Below are positions 49,978 through 62,882 of a stretch of 64,000 nucleotides of DNA, in pieces. The DNA comes from Convolutriloba macropyga (lineage: Eukaryota): assembly GCF_964194025.1 (NCBI RefSeq), contig NC_134470.1, positions 3,844,001 to 3,908,000 of the forward strand. Reading direction: 5' to 3'. How positions within the stretch are numbered: position 1 is the stretch's first letter; every line of letters begins with the position of its first letter. The position numbers were made by a program, and so were the translations under genes. The notes under the pieces were generated by a model, which saw nothing but the letters and a program-made list of their open reading frames with translations, was not told the origin of the DNA and did no database searches.

Positions 49978-50675
49978 ATGTCCCGAAGAGGTAAGGGAGG
50001 TGGTGGAAGCAAGTTCCGTATTTCATTGGGTCTCCCAGTGGGAGCAGTCATCAATTGTGCTGATAACACTGGAGCAAAGAACTTGTACATCATTTCTGTG
50101 AAGAGAATCCACGGAAGATTGAATAGGCTTCCTGCTGCTGCTTCTGGTGACATGGTTATGGCTACAGTGAAGAAGGGCAAACCTGAGTTGAGGAAAAAGG
50201 TTTGTTGTAGTTAAAATCTATAACATACATTACGAATGGCACATTTTTGCTCTCTATTCTTTCCTTAATTTATTGACTTTAGAAATTTACTTTTCCATCA
50301 ATAGTAGCCCTTGTCACTTTTTCGAAATTTCTATTAATTTTCATTTTGATAAATTAAAAGATATGCCTATTGTCTCATCGAATTTTATGTATTCCCTTTT
50401 TGCGTGCTTAAGTGATGTCAGGTTACAGTAATTTCATTGTTAATAGGGGATCAGTTTTGCTCTGGCGAATATTTCAGGTGATGCCAGCCGTCGTGATCAG
50501 GCAACGAAAACCTTATAGAAGGAAGGATGGTGTCTTCATATACTTTGAGGACAATGCTGGTGTCATCGTAAACGTCAAGGGAGAGATGAAAGGCTCCGCC
50601 ATCACTGGCCCCGTGGCAAAAGAGTGCGCTGACCTCTGGCCAAAGATATCGTCTAATGCTTCATCTGTTGCTTAA
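49978..50675 (+). CDS. RPL23: 60S ribosomal protein L23 (uL14); exons 49978-50199 and 50478-50675; 139 aa
   Basis: [39 protein letters not shown]...[12 protein letters not shown]|[65 protein letters not shown]. Phase-0 GT-AG intron. Confidence 0.98.
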
Positions 50676-51254
50676 ATGTCAATTGAAGTTGTCATGACGT
50701 ATTGTTTTTTCATTTAGTAGTATTAAGGCCTGCGCGGAGACTAGAAACTTGATGACAACGATTGTTGTGTTTGAGATTATTGCCTTTTCCTACTCAAATA
50801 ACTTGTGTAAATGGAAGCTAGTCTGCAGATTCTATATAAGTTGGCAAAATACCGGAGGCAATAATTTCATGATCCATGAATTGCTGTTGCTTCTGTTTGC
50901 ATTCGTGGCGTTTGTTGCCGTGAAGATGTGCTATAGATGCTTCAAAATACGAATGAGACAGGCGCGAAAGTGCGAAGGACATTGATGCGTTTCTTTGGGT
51001 TATTAGCGGGATATGACGGAGAAAAACTTTAAAATGAAACAGGTATTCAATACCACTTGTTCTAAATTTCAGGTGGGAAATGAATTCCAAAATTGGAATG
51101 GCTTTATCCTTGAATTGACCGAAAGTTCAATTGAAAAAAAAGGCTCAAGTGAATACATTGTGGAGTGCTTCCATGGTGAACGGTCTGATCATCGACTTAT
51201 TCCTATTAGGAGCTGCTGAGCAAGTGGTTGGAAGACGAGGGGAAGGAAAAGGTC

Positions 51255-54200
51255 ATGGATCATGTCCTCCTGCCTAATTCGAGAGGATCTTCCGTAAGTT
51301 GCTATCGAGGACCAAAAGTAGTTCATGATGTCTACAAGTGTCGATTTTTATCATACCCCTCCGCACCAACTTCATGATGGGAAGCATAGACCCCAAATAA
51401 CTGTCAGTATACTTTTACCAAACTCTAACTTTTTGACTCCAAGTTGTGACCTTTTTGGAGCCAAGTGGTGACAAGTTGGTAGAATACTGCTTCTAATAAA
51501 GCACTTAAAGAACGAAGTGTTCATTTTAATAGGCTTAAAGGGGAAATGCCGATGCCGAATTGATTTGAATTACTTTTTTGATGTTTCTTCTGTAAAAATG
51601 TAATTGAATAAGATGTTTGATAAATTTCTTTTCGAAAATTTCTTTTCTTTGACACTAGTTGGACTGGTCTGGTTGTAATTAATTGGTATTGTATATATGT
51701 GAAAGCCTTTAGGTTGTGGTCAAGTGCGTTATTTTAGGGATCTTCTGGCATTGGGGGCTCTAATGGGGACCCAGAGAGTCTGTACACTAAATTGGAGAGA
51801 GTGGGCAAGGGATCTTTTGGAGAAGTGTTCAAAGGCATCGACAACAATACCAAACAGGTCTGTAACATTTTCATCTTTTTCAGTTGCACTTACCTATGTA
51901 TTCTGTTAGATATCCCAAAAAGAACTTGTGTGCTCGAAATAAATTGATGTTTTACAATGTAACCCTCAGTATCTCAACTTAACCAGAAGATTTTTAATGA
52001 AAAAATTGTCACAAATGTTTGCTGTTTTTATAAGAAAGAAAGAGTTCATTTCTTTGATCAGGTAATACACATCTAACATCTAATAATAAACAAAACAATT
52101 CTTTACCGCAACCAAAGAGGACAGGTAACGTGGTACTAGTACCCGCAAATCCTGCCGCAGTGAGACTCTCTAAACTTGCAATCAAGATTTAAATAAGTTT
52201 AAGAGAAAAAAGGTAATAATAAATGTTATTATAACATGTTGGTATAGCCCATCATGATGTTTAATGTTGTAATTACTGTGTAGGTAGTGGCAATAAAACT
52301 GATAGACCTAGAGGAGGCGGAAGACGAGATAGAAGACATTTTGCAGGAGATCAAGACTCTCTCCCAATGCAGGTCGCCACACGTCATCAACTACTTCAAC
52401 TCATTCCTCAAAGGCACTAAGCTCTGGATCATCATGGAGTACCTAGGGGGTGGATCTGCACTCGACCTGGTAGGTAATCTTCGTTTTTACGATTCGAAGA
52501 GGCGTATTGGTTTTCTGTATTTACAACTCGAAGAGGAGTATTGGAGAATTCTTTTTAATCTATTTTATTGGAGTGAATTTTTGAGCAGGAATCGAAACGT
52601 GTGGTTAAATTTGAAGCGGTACTGTTGAAGCGGTACTGAAGTTGAGTACTGAACAAAATTGCAGAGTGAACCGAAGATCGATGTTTTTTTTTATATACCG
52701 CCGTTACCGAGAGAGCGACAATTTGAGGCGGAGAATTTTGAATTGGCTATATTAATAACTAGTTTTGGCCGGATATTGTTTTGAAGTTTATTGGTAGTTA
52801 ATATTAGGTTTTTTCGCTAATTTGTGAGTTTTTAGGCAATTGTTTTGCCTATTAATAGCCGCCCTCATCTTCTCAGCCGGCTATTATAGCGCTCCTATTT
52901 TTTTTTACTTCGTCGAACTTTTTTTTCGCTTTACCATTTTGTCGCTTTTTCAACATTTTGCGTTAAATCTTTGACTTCTCTAGGCTAGTTTCACGTTTCT
53001 GTAATTCTGCTCAAAGTTTTTTTAAACAGCAGCTGCTCAGCAAAGCAATTCAAAATGAAGAGAGTCAGTATTAAAAATCAGAGTCAGAAATAGAAAAGGG
53101 ATAAACCCAAAAAGCCCATTTTTAGATGCCCGGTACTTGAACTTTGTTCTCATAAGTTTTAGTCACTATCTATAATGCTTATTGGTATTGATACTAGACC
53201 CTGTAGCGTCTCACTGAGAGACAGGTGTATGTGCAATTACGAAATGACATCAAAATAAATCGCACTTAAAAATGCTTTTATACAAAAATTAATTTTTGTT
53301 GATATTTTCTTCTATTTCAATCCCAATAGAGTTATGGGAATCAACGGCGGTTAATTTCCGGCAGTCTGCCGGATATGTTTTTCTTTTCATTTGATATTTG
53401 ATTACGCTTTTTCTTCTTTTGAATATTTAGGTACCACTAAATTCCTGTATTTTCTTTGTTTCTGCAGAAAAAGAGAGCCTGTCATTTGATTGTTTTGAAT
53501 TACATAGAAGAAGCGTTATGGTTTAAGGTACACATGTATTATTAATAGCCGCCCTAATCTTCTCAGCCGTCTATTATAGCGCTCCTACTTTTTACAATTC
53601 AAAAAATTTGAATTGTATTGGGGCGCTGTTTTTTTTTAAAGATGTTTTCACACATTTTTTCAATGACTTTGATCTTTCAAAACGGGATAAACAGGTAGAG
53701 CCCAGGAGCATTAAGTATCAGTAGAGGCCCAAAGTCAGTCTTAGTCGTCATTTGAGTGCTCAGTGCACGCAAAATGATACTAATTTTTGTAATTGTTTTC
53801 AAGTTTTAGAAAATTTTTCACCTTTTTTAGTTTTTCCAGCTTCTGGGGACAGGGAATCTCCTTTGAGGTTTGGTAATAGAGCACTGCATAGTTTCTAGTA
53901 ATAATGGATTGGTTTTCCACATTCTAGTGTCTCGAATTTTAGCAATTTTTTTGATAATTTTTGCATATTTTTTCAAGGTTTTCTAAATTTTTTGTCAATT
54001 TTTGATATTTGTCCATTCTGAGGTGCCCAAAAACCTATTTGACGGTGTGATGAAAGATTACTGCATGGTTGTTAGTTTCAATAGATTTGTTTTCAACAAT
54101 TTAACCTTTCGAATTTTAGAAATTTTTGGATAAAATTTGCAATTTTTTTTCAAGTTTTTCAAAGTATTTTATTGTTTTTTTGCCTCAGTAGCCAGGTAAC

Positions 54201-57200
54201 CTCATCCAGGGTTTGATAGTACGTTATCAAATAGTTGCTTGGGGGCAATGGAATGGTTTTCAACATTTTAATGGAACGAATTTATATTTTTGAATTTTGA
54301 AATTTTTATAATTTATTGCCTATCAATCTTTGAGCCCATGATTTTTAGGGCTTGGAATTGGGTTACTGTATAACCTCTCGAGACACAAAAATTATTGTGA
54401 AGATATTAATATCACGATTTTCATCAACAATTCATTTGAATTTGCAATTGATTTCATTTTTTTAATGTTTCGGTCAAAAATAATTTTGGTCGTGAACATA
54501 TTTGAAGTATATTTAAAGGGATCAAATTTTTCCTAAGGGGTAAAAGCTTCAAGAGCTATTTTTGTTTAGTTTGTTTGATTTAGTTTCTCAATTTTTTGAT
54601 GATTTTGTTTGTGTTTAGGCTCGCATGGTTCAGTTGATCTGCTGGTCAGATGAAGTACTTCTAATTTTTCCATTTTTTCCTTTGAATTGTGTTTCAGGAC
54701 TTGTCCTGCTATGTTTTTTTTACTTCGTCGAACTTTTTTTATACAAAAATCAATTTTTGTTGATATTTTCTTTTCTTTCAATCCAAATAGAGTTATGAGA
54801 ATCAACGGCGGCTATTTTCCGGCCATCTGCCGGGTATGTTATATAGAATTAATTGATATTTTCTGTAGTTTTTCGTCGTGTTCTTTTCTGTAGTTTTTCG
54901 TCGTGAGACTATTCGTCGTGTTCTTTCGGAATTCATCTGGCTAATTTTTGATAAATGAGCGTGCAGAAAGCAGGAAAGTCAGTGAGTGAACAAAGGGACA
55001 CCTGAGTACTCTATAGCATCTAAGTGGATTCTGAAATAACATCCTTAAGTGTTTGAATTACGGCATTCGCCCAATGTCCACAAAAATTGAGTGCAAAATT
55101 TTCGCCTGATGGCTACAAAAGATGTGTTTGCCTAATCGAGTTTTCGCCCAATATCCAACCCCCGGCTGAGTTGAAGGCCCAAGCTTGATGATTATAAGGC
55201 TGTATTACTTGAAGGACATCCATTGAAATTTAATTTGAAAATTATGGTAATTTGAAATGAGTGGCATGTTTTCTCTGGTCTGGATTTGTGAACTATGCAG
55301 TCTCAGCTGTCTATTTTGCTGCTACTGTCCGGCAATCTGCCGGCTATGTTCTCATTTTTATTGATTCTACAATAATTTTGTGTACTCCAGATGAAGCCAG
55401 GGCCGTTTGAAGAAGTGTTCATTGCCACAATTCTGAGAGAAGTGCTCAAAGGACTCGAGTATCTTCACGGCCAAAGGAAACTGCACAGAGATATTAAAGC
55501 GGCCAATGTGCTACTAGCTGAGAACGGGGATGTAAAACTGGGTGACTTTGGAGTGTCGGGCCAGTTGACAGATACTCAGATGAAGAGGAACACGTTCACT
55601 GGCACACCTTTCTGGATGGCACCCGAAGTGATCCAGCAGTCAGAATATGACTACAAGGTTAGGGAATATGTCATTTCACTGTTTCTTGGCTGCTGTTCCT
55701 ATATAAACCTTCATATTGTATTCATTTAGGTGGGGGAGGGGGGGTCAAATTGTTGGTGCTCCTGCGAGTTTTTTGTTGACGTCACAATTGAATTAATGCA
55801 TTAATCATATTTTGTGGAGTTTAATATCTTCGCGAAATTCATCAGCCAACTGAAGATTTGTGACAGTTCAAAAAGCCAACCCCCCTCTCCTCAGCGAGAC
55901 AAGTCTCCATAATCGCAAGTTGGCTACTAAGCGTAAAGCTTCTTGTTTGGTTCAATTGGCTTTTGACGATTTAATTACTTCTGTATAATCTTAGTAAAGA
56001 GAATATCATATTGTAAAGCAAGGATCACCTTAGGTTTTATGATTAATTTGTTTTCATGCGTCTCGATTGTTTCTAGGCGGACATTTGGTCACTGGGGATT
56101 ACGGCAATTGAGCTGGCACAGGGGGAGCCACCCTTCTCCAAGCTGCACCCAATGAGGGTTCTCTTCCTCATACCCAAACAGCCTTCTCCAGTCCTGGAGG
56201 GAAACTTCTCCAAGGCCTTCAAAGAGTTCGTCGAGCACTGTCTCAACAAAAACACTGCATATGTGAGTGAAATGCCGTTTGTATATGTTCCGTGACTCTG
56301 CTGAGATGAGTCTGGTATCAATCGAGAACCGCACTTTGCCAGTCTTAAAGCGCCGTCAGTTTCAATATCGAGCACTGTATAACGCAGAGATCTGGCATTC
56401 AATACCTACACGTTCGCATTTAAAATGTTTATTCATAACTGCGTCATTCACTGGCTACCTGTGATGGGTATTATTGTGTTGCCGATGCTTTTCCGGGGGG
56501 GGGGGGGTAACATTTACTTTTCCGGGGGGGGGGGGGTGGGTAAATGTAGTACAAGGCCCGATGCGATGATTACTTGGCAATGTTCATTTGATTTCATATT
56601 AAACCTTCGAACAGATGTGATGTTTAGCGACCGAGTGCGAAAGAGCTTCTAAAGCATCGCTTCCTAGTGAGGAATGGAAAGAAGCCGGCAGTGCTGGTGG
56701 AGCTGATTGACAAGTACAGGAAATGGCAGCACGAGAGGGGACACCAGAACAACAGTAGTAACAATCGAAATGGGGAGGCAGAGGGGGCTGGAGACGACGA
56801 GGATGCGAACGGGGAGAGTGATGACCACGACAGTCGCACGCACAAGTTTGTTTTGCGCCTTTTAAGATTCCTCAACTTCTAATGGAAAACCTAATAGCAC
56901 TTAGCTTCCTAAAAATGAAAAACAACTGCCTAAATCAGAATCGAAGCGTAAATGTATAAATGGTTCAGAATCGAAGTAAAATACGACGATACAAGGTATG
57001 AACAATAATTGTTCACATTTATTAATAGCCGCACAGGGATAGCTGGGGCTATTATTGGTCTTTTACAAGTCAAAAAATTTGAATTGTATTGGGGCGGTGT
57101 CTTTTTTCAACTCGAAGAGGAGTATTGGAGAAGTCCTTTTTAAAAAAGTTTATTGGAGTGAATTTTGAAGCAGGAAATGAAACGCGTACGAAAATTAGGA

Positions 57201-59461
57201 ATGGTTTGGTTGCTGAACAAAATTGAAGAGTGGAGTGAAACGAGAGTGGTTTTTCGTTCGTACAGCTGTTTTCGAGAGAGCGTGAATGTGAGGTGCGAAA
57301 AAAATTGAGCGATTTCGTCGTGCGGCCTTTTTTCTTAGTTTTTTTTTGGTTTAGAAGTTTGATTATGATACTGTGTTATTCTTTGGGTTGTTTTCATTGT
57401 GGCTTAAAGTTTTCTGTCAATTAATATGAATTTTATACCAATTTGCAAGTTTTTCAGCTATTTTGCTGAATTTTCGGCGAGTTTTAGCGATTTTTCGCCT
57501 TTTGTTTTGTTTTACTGCTCTGCGTTGGATTTGAATACATGCTTATTACTTAAAAAGTTTTGAGATACCAAGTGATTACAGTTTTATTGGTATGAAACCT
57601 TTTTTTGAGAAAAATTACAATATACTGAGACCTTTTAAATTATTTTTAAAGTTTTGCAACTTTTCGTTTTTTACCTAATCTTAGATAAGATTCTTAGCCT
57701 ATTATGACTTGCTTTTTGTTTTGCAAAGGTTTCAATACTCTATTTGCTCCTATCAACTTGTTATTGGCTCTATTTGCTCTCGTTTTATCAAAAATTCAAA
57801 CTTTCAGTACAATTTTTTTATTTCAAGTTCTTTTCAAATGTTTTTTTTGCTTCAAGTTTTCGTAGCATTTGTGGAACTATATGGTTCAAATTAGTTGTTT
57901 TTGATGCCTTGTGATTGTTTTAATTTTAGTATTGGAATCTTTTGGTTAAGGTAATCGAGTAACTTTCATGCGGATTTTTGTCTGTTTTTATCCTATTTTT
58001 GATAACTCTTCTGATTTTCTTTTTTCTAATTTTTACTGTTTAATGGATCTCGAACAGTTCGTAGCAATTTTTGTAAACTTGTTGAACTTTTTAATCCAAT
58101 ATTTTGCTTGACCCTTATGCGTTTTTTTCTAGAACCTTATGCGCTTTTTTGCATTTGACTTTTTTGCGCTTTCGTTCTTTATTTTTGAGCGATCTCTATT
58201 GCCTTCACTCCTAAGTGAAGCTTGTTGCTAAAGTAAATAGAAGCGACTGCAGCATAGCAACAAGAAGGGTCAGATAGCCGAGTGGTTAGTGATTTTGTTG
58301 AGAGATCGGGAGGTCATTTTTTCGAATCCCGGTGTGGTAAAAAATTTTTGCACCCATAAAAAAAATTTATCCAGGCTACAGCCCCTGAATTGAATTACCT
58401 CGCCTGTCGTTCGAGAGCAATTCGTCGGACACAAGTTTGGTTTTTTAATTCTTTATGCAAATTTTTCTTAGGTCTTGCTGGAAATTTCGAGACAGGGCAT
58501 TTTTCACAGAAGAGTACTACAAGTTCCTAATTTTCTGTTTTTTCGTTCTTAGCTTTTTTTTGTATGATTCGGCAAGCTGTTGGATTGTTAATTGCCTGAG
58601 CAGACATCGTTTTAAACGTTTCTAATTATAATGGCTTGGAGGTAGCTTATTTGCGGTTTATGCAATATTTATCTGTAGCTAAATTTTCAATTTTTGAAGT
58701 GATTTTTTTTTATTTTGTCTTTTTTCATTTCCCTAACCTCTGTTTTCTCTACTTGACATTTTTTGCTGATTTTTTGTCAATTCGTAGCCATTTAGTGAGT
58801 GAACGACATCTAAACCTGTTGCATGGTCTTTTGTGAATTGTCGTTTAGGAGTTGCAACTTAATGAATTTATCAGATGCTTTATCATCGTTTCTGGTCAGA
58901 TACTTTTTCATTGTTCATTTCCATGTTATTGTTTTAAAGTAATTACTGTTGTTAAGTACCTTGATAATCATTTTAGTTAAAATGGCAATTTTTCCCCTTT
59001 GAATCGTTTCCGCAATTTTTCTGGCTATGTTTTTTTAAAGGTCTCACCCAATTTCACGATTTTTGAAGTCAAATAGAAGCGATGATTTTGTTTTTCCCCA
59101 AAACAAAGTGGAGCGAAAAAGGTAGTGGTTTTGCGGTGTAAATTTTTTTGCTCTAAATCTAAAAATTATTTAGAAACGGTGGCTGGAAAAAATCGCTTCC
59201 TCGCTAGTAAACTTTTTGTTGAAAGAATTACAATATACTGAGACATTTTAAATTATTTTTCCTAAATTTTTGCAGCTTTCGTTTTTTTAACCTTATCTTC
59301 GATAAAATTCTGAGCCTGATATGACTTGCTTTTTGTGTTGCAAAGATTATGATACTGTATATATATATATATAGAGTATCATTTAATGCTACGAAAAATT
59401 GAAAACAAAAAGCATTTGAAAAGAACTTGAAATAAAAAAATCTACTGAAAGTTTGAATTTT

Positions 59462-59512
<51 letters not shown>

Positions 59513-62500
59513 TAATCAGAAATTCAAACTTTCATTAGATTTTTTATTTCAAGTTCTTTTCAAATGCTTTTTGTTTTCTTCAAATTTTCGTAGCATTTGG
59601 GGAACTATAGGTTTCAAATTAGTTTTTTCTGATGCCTTGTGATAGTTTTAATTTGTTTTGCAATCGTTTGGTAAAGGTAATCGAGTAACTTTTAAGCGGT
59701 TTTCGGCGGATATTTGTCTGTTTCTTGCCTATTTTTTCTAACTTCTTCGGATTTTGTTCTTTTTGCTAATTTTTACTGTTTCATTGCTCTCGAGTGAAGG
59801 TCGTAGCAGTTATTGTAAACGTGGTGAACTTTTAAATGCAAATTTTTCGGTTGACCATTTTGCGCTTTTTCTAGAAGGTTCTTTGACTTTCAAGTGACTT
59901 TTTCACGCTTTCGTTCTTCATTTTTGAGTCATCTCTTTTGCCTTCACTCCTAAGTGAAGCTTGTTGCTAAAGTAAAAGCGGTTGCAGTATAGCAACAAGA
60001 AGGGCCATATTTCCGAGTGGTTAGTGATTCTGACGAGGGATCTGGAGGTCAGTTGTTCGAATCCGGCCTGGCAAGAAAAATTTGCACCCATAAGAAATTT
60101 ATCTGGGCTACAGCCCCTGAATTATATTGCCTCGTCTGCCGTTCGAGAGCAATTCGTCGGGCATAAGTTTGGTTGATTAACTTTTTATGTAGAGTTTTCC
60201 TAGCGATCTTGTTGGAAGTTTCTGGAACTGAGACAGGGCAGTTCACAGAAAAATACTTTTCGCTCTTAGCTTTTTATGATTCGGCAAGGCGTTGGATTGT
60301 TGTATGCCTGAACAGACATGTTATAAACTTTTTTAAATTATAGTGGTTTGTCGGTAGCTTAATTGCGGTTATGCAAAATCTGTAGCTAAATTTTCAAATT
60401 TTGAAGAGTTTTTGTCCTTTTTCCTTTCCCTAACCTCCGTTTTCTCTATTTTTGCTGGTGTTTTGTCAATTTGCAGTCATTTAATGAATGCCATCTTAAC
60501 GTGTCGCATGGTCTTTTGGTGAATAATTGTTAAGGAGTTGCAACTTAATGAATTTATCAGATGCTTTATCATCTTTTCTGGTCAGCTACTTTTCCATTGT
60601 TCATTTTCATGTTATTGTTTTGAAGTAATTACTGTTGTTAAGTACGATGTTCCTTATTTCAGTTAAATTTGCAATTTATGCCCTTCGAGTCGTTTCCGCA
60701 ATTCTTCTGGCTACGTGCTAGCTACATACGGCAAAGATATGTTCACCCAATTTCACGATTTTTGGAGTCAAATTGATACCATGATTTTGGTCGCGGAAAA
60801 GGGAGTGGTTTTGCGGTGTGAATTTTTTCACTCTGATTCTAAAAATGAGTTAGAAACGGTGGCTGGACAAAAGTTCGCTTTTTAGCTGGGTCTAATCTTT
60901 GTACGTCAGGACTTGTCCTGTCATGTTTTTTTACTTCGTCGAATAAAATTTTTTCGCTTTACTTTAGCCCACTGCTTGTTTTTGACTTCTCTAGGCTAGT
61001 TTCACTCCTCTCATTATGCTAAACTGTTTTTAGACAACAGTTGCTCGGCAAAGCAATTGAAAATGAGCAGATTCAGTATTAAAAAAGCGGAATCAGAAAT
61101 AGAAACGTGATAAATCCATAAAGCCCGATTTTAGATGCCTGTTACTCGGACATTCTTCTTAGTTACCATCTCTAATGCTTATTAATTGCTCTTGAACGTA
61201 GTTCATGGCAATTATTGTAAACTTATGTGTCTTTTTACGACTCGAGGAGGAGTATTGAGATTCAACAGGTTTTTTCTTAGCAGAAAGCAAGTTTGTTCAT
61301 GACTTGAATTTTGACTTCTTTCTATTCGATCTTTTATTGTTGACTTCTTTCTATTCGAGCCTCCGTTTTTGATGGTTGACTTCTGTTTTCGAACATTGAA
61401 CTTTAACAATAGTTTAGTTTGTAATGTATAGCAATTGGTAACAGTCTAATTCAAGGTGAAGAGGTCATTTTGAGAAAATTTGATTCCATTTAACTAATAA
61501 CCCCCCCCCAAAAAAAGAACTACAAACGTACCTAACCCCCCCCCCCCCCCACGTACCTAACGAACGTACCTAACCCCCCCCCCCTCCCCCAACGTACCTA
61601 CACCCCCCACCAACGTACCTACGCCCCACCCCACCTACCTACACCCCCACCACCACCTACCTGCACCCCCCACCACCACCTACCTGCCCCCACCTACCAA
61701 CCCCCCACCAGCACCTACCCTCACCCCTGAACTTAAAAAATTTTAACGCTTTTTATGTTACTTTGGTCTACTATTTTTGTTATTTCTGTTTTTTTCGATA
61801 TTCTGATTTTTTTCCAGGATAGGGTAGAGATTATTTTGCACGACGATTCGAGTCGTTACCGGAATTCTACCGGCTATGTTTTTATTCAAAATTTTTGCTT
61901 GACAATTTTGACTTTTCGAGTGACTTTTACGCCTTTGACTTTTTGCGTTTTGCGTGATCTAGAATTCTCTCTCAATCACAATTTCAAGCGGCTGAACTCA
62001 ATTGGCGGCAATTTTATACTAAATGTCAAATGAAAACTGCGCCGAAATTGGTGTCAATTTTTAATTTAAATCTTAATAGTGGTATATGTTAACCTCTAAT
62101 GTGGTTATTTGAAGCCCACTATTGAACTTCTTAGTCCCATTTACCCCCCCCCCCCCCCCGACTGAAGCAGGCTGCAATTGATTAGAGCTACAACTAGTCG
62201 TTCGAGAGCAAGTCTTCCGACGTTTAGTCGGTTATGTTCGGTATTGATACTAGCCCCTGTGTAGTCTCATTACGAAACAGGCGTATGTTCAGCTGCAAAA
62301 TAGTTCGCACTTTAATTGTTTGTACAAAAATCATTTTTTCACTAGTTTTTTCTCAACGGGAATTTTTTCCATTAGTTTCTTCTCTGGTTATGGGAATCAA
62401 CGGCGGCTATTTTCCGGCACTCTGCCGGGTATGTTTACTGTTCCACGCATTAGTGCATTGATCTTTTCCATGATTGACTAGTAGTACCCCCCCCCCCCCC

Positions 62501-62882
62501 CCACACTTGGTTACAAAAATGTGTCATTAAATGGAAATTAATGATGTATTAATATAGCACGTGTTTGGGGGGTTTCAATTATGCCTCTAAGATGAGATTC
62601 ATAGACGAAAAAGATCCGAGAAAGCTTCTTCATTTGGAAAAATGATCTTTTCAGATCTGGAGGTCAAAATGACGGTTGGAACTTCCCAAGTGACGGTACA
62701 GTGAAAATGCGCAGTCCACAAAACAACCTGCAACAACATGACTCCTCTAATCGGAGAGGAAGCGGACCAGGTAGTCCCATGGTCATGTCACCCGCTGGAC
62801 CAGGATCTGGATCTGAGACGCCATCGCCCGGGGAATCGCCAGCCATAAAAGGAGACAGAAACATCAACAGCAGTCCAAACAA
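51255..62882 (+). CDS. GCK-III STE20-family Ser/Thr kinase (STK24/STK25/STK26-like), 3' incomplete; exons 51255-51293, 51738-51857, 52284-52469, 55391-55657, 56077-56262, 56628-56845, 62655-62882
   Basis: [112 protein letters not shown], then an acidic linker and DGWNF. All introns are GT-AG with consistent phase. Exon 1 and the end of exon 7 are less certain. Confidence 0.95.
52851..53379 (+). mobile_element. Non-autonomous Helentron (HINE/DINE-1-like) element in kinase intron 3
   Basis: 5' end ATTAATAGCCGCC...GCCGGCTATTAT (subterminal repeat plus local inverted copy). 3' end GGCGGTTAATTT followed by the hairpin CCGGCA-GTC-TGCCGG and ATATGTT. Confidence 0.65.
53541..54840 (+). mobile_element. 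Second HINE-like copy with a different interior
   Basis: Same 5' end at 53541. 3' end GGCGGCTATTTTCCGGCCATCTGCCGGGTATGTT finishing at 54840. Confidence 0.65.
58268..58340 (+). pseudogene. tRNA-derived segment (Pol III A/B boxes), copy 1
   Basis: A box TAGCCGAGTGGTTAG and B-box-like TTCGAATCCC at tRNA spacing. The anticodon arm does not fold. Confidence 0.5.
59464..59506. repeat. (AT)n microsatellite
   Basis: About 21 AT units. Confidence 0.95.
60004..60073 (+). pseudogene. tRNA-derived segment, copy 2
   Basis: GCCA...CCGAGTGGTTAG...GTTCGAATCC...TGGC; the arms are degenerate. Confidence 0.5.
61498..61730. repeat. C-rich minisatellite (ACGTACCTAACCCCC grading into CACCTACC)
   Basis: Repeated C tracts separated by ACGTACCTA or ACCTACC cores. 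Confidence 0.8.

Larger units (their letters stand above)
57595..60885 (+). repeat. Diverged ~1.6-kb tandem duplication within intron 6
   Basis: 57595-59200 aligns with ~59210-60885. Shared anchors include TTACAATATACTGAGAC, GCCTTCACTCCTAAGTGAAGCTTGTTGCTAAAGTAAA and TTAGAAACGGTGGCTGGA. Confidence 0.85.
57021..62435 (+). mobile_element. Long or composite HINE-like element(s) filling kinase intron 6
   Basis: 5' ATTAATAGCCGCAC...GGGGCTATTAT at 57021. 3' GGCGGCTATTTTCCGGCACTCTGCCGGGTATGTT at ~62402-62435, with another hairpin end at ~61859-61880. Shares internal modules with the other copies; further 5' ends at ~63157 and ~63206. Confidence 0.55.

Noticed and set aside
50295-50430. H/ACA snoRNA in the RPL23 intron (AAATTA H-box-like and ACA after weak hairpins)
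   Set aside because: Ribosomal-protein introns often host snoRNAs, but these stems are short and such boxes are common in AT-rich DNA. It needs snoReport or Infernal support.
58268-60073. Functional tRNA genes
   Set aside because: Anticodon and acceptor stems do not pair properly, and both copies lie within a repeat.
61525-61580. Interstitial telomeric repeat (CCTAAC)
   Set aside because: Only isolated CCTAAC motifs inside a longer minisatellite unit; no tandem CCCTAA run.
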